NCBI GenBank assembly: GCA_963793305.1 | Contig: CAWBZV010000005.1 | Span: forward strand, 1,152,001-1,216,000 | DNA length: 64,000 nt | Direction of reading: 5' to 3' | Origin: an uncultured Gemmatimonadales bacterium | GTDB lineage: Bacteria > Gemmatimonadota > Gemmatimonadetes > Gemmatimonadales > Gemmatimonadaceae | In this document: piece by piece, positions 63,280-64,000 of the stretch | Layout: each line of letters opens with the position of its first letter | How positions within the stretch are numbered: position 1 is the stretch's first letter | The notes under the pieces: generated by a model | Database searches by the model: none | Seen by the model: only the letters and a program-made list of their open reading frames with translations | Told to the model about the DNA's origin: nothing | Translations under genes and position numbers: made by a program

Positions 63280-63726
63280 GTGATGCGAAGCAGGACAATC
63301 ATGTGCGTAGCGATGGCGATGGGCTTGGCGGCGTGCGGTAGTGCATCCGCACCGGGTGGCATCAGTATCGGTGGTCATTGGAACGTCGCGGTCGCGAACC
63401 TCACGGGCGGCGGCCACGTCTGCAGCGGATCGTTCGTTGCCGACTTTGCGCAGAGCCTCAACACCTTCAATGGGTCGTACACGAGCGGGTCGGTGATGTG
63501 CACGACGAGTGGTGGCCCCACGGCGATCGGCCAGGTCAGTGGCAGTGTCACGGACGGGTCGGTCAACGGACAGACGATCTCGTATACCCTCGACGGTAAC
63601 CCGATCACGTTCACAGGGACCGTCAACGTGTCCCAGATGTCCGGCGCGGTGAGCTGGACCAAAGACTTCGGCGATGGCAATGGACCGGTGTCGCTCGCCG
63701 GCTCCTGGACCGCGCAGAAGCAGTAG
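63280..63726 (+). CDS. Hypothetical lipoprotein
   Basis: Lipobox LAAC; G/S/T-rich beta domain; AAGGAG SD. Confidence 0.7.
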   Translation: MMRSRTIMCVAMAMGLAACGSASAPGGISIGGHWNVAVANLTGGGHVCSGSFVADFAQSLNTFNGSYTSGSVMCTTSGGPTAIGQVSGSVTDGSVNGQTISYTLDGNPITFTGTVNVSQMSGAVSWTKDFGDGNGPVSLAGSWTAQKQ

Positions 63727-63746
63727 GTCAGGAAATCGTCGCTGGC

Positions 63747-64000
63747 TCAGCGTAGGCGGTAAGCAGCGCGACCAGCGCCCAGAACGTCCGCGCAACCGCC
63801 AGCGGCCGCGACGACAGCGCGAACCGTATCCCAGCGCGCGAATCCAGCGAACGCCCGCGCCAGCACGACCGGATCATCGCCGAGTCGGGGCAGGCTCAGC
63901 ATGATCGGCGCGGCAAAGGCCGTCAGGAGCATCACGCCGAGGTTCGCGCACGCCGCGCCATAGACAGGGATGGCGGCGGAGAGCGGTCGTCTGGGACTGA
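63747..64000 (-). CDS. Membrane protein, possibly DUF1772-like (5' end outside window)
   Basis: Hydrophobic C-terminus FARWDTVRAVV. Confidence 0.35.
   Translation of the reverse strand, partial: SPRRPLSAAIPVYGAACANLGVMLLTAFAAPIMLSLPRLGDDPVVLARAFAGFARWDTVRAVVAAAGGCADVLGAGRAAYRLR

Overview
High-GC bacterial chromosome segment; gene order and lineage-typical hypothetical proteins suggest Gemmatimonadota (inference). 1-40.9 kb is mostly core genome: hrcA-dnaJ-prmA-rsmE-HIT; rpsU-yqeY-mutS2-dnaG-Zn-ribbon-recJ-rsmD-coaD-pta-STAS/RsbW/SpoIIE-rsmA; a small accessory patch (Phd/PIN TA, broken AraC, orphan membrane ORFs); rex; exonuclease-MBL hydrolase; infC-rpmI-rplT-pheST-zapB-like-zapA-rny-folD-xseAB-ispA-dxs-nadK-recN. 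An accessory region starts at tRNA-Gly(GCC) (40921). Two further copies of the tRNA 3' half, each followed by a shared TGATTTGCAACAAC motif, delimit short cassettes with no integrase (DUF433/DUF5615 TA; truncated DUF3857 transglutaminase; PrlF/YhaV TA). Further on are a degraded doxX-ybhB duplicate bracketing an ABC-export block, an AbrB/VapC TA, a candidate two-gene Nmad2-like + PD-(D/E)XK defence locus, a multiply deleted Nramp gene and an AhpD-like-domain histidine kinase. Frameshifts in several genes, including folD and dxs, point to sequencing/assembly error, so pseudogene calls are uncertain. All family assignments come from motif recognition by eye, not database searches.
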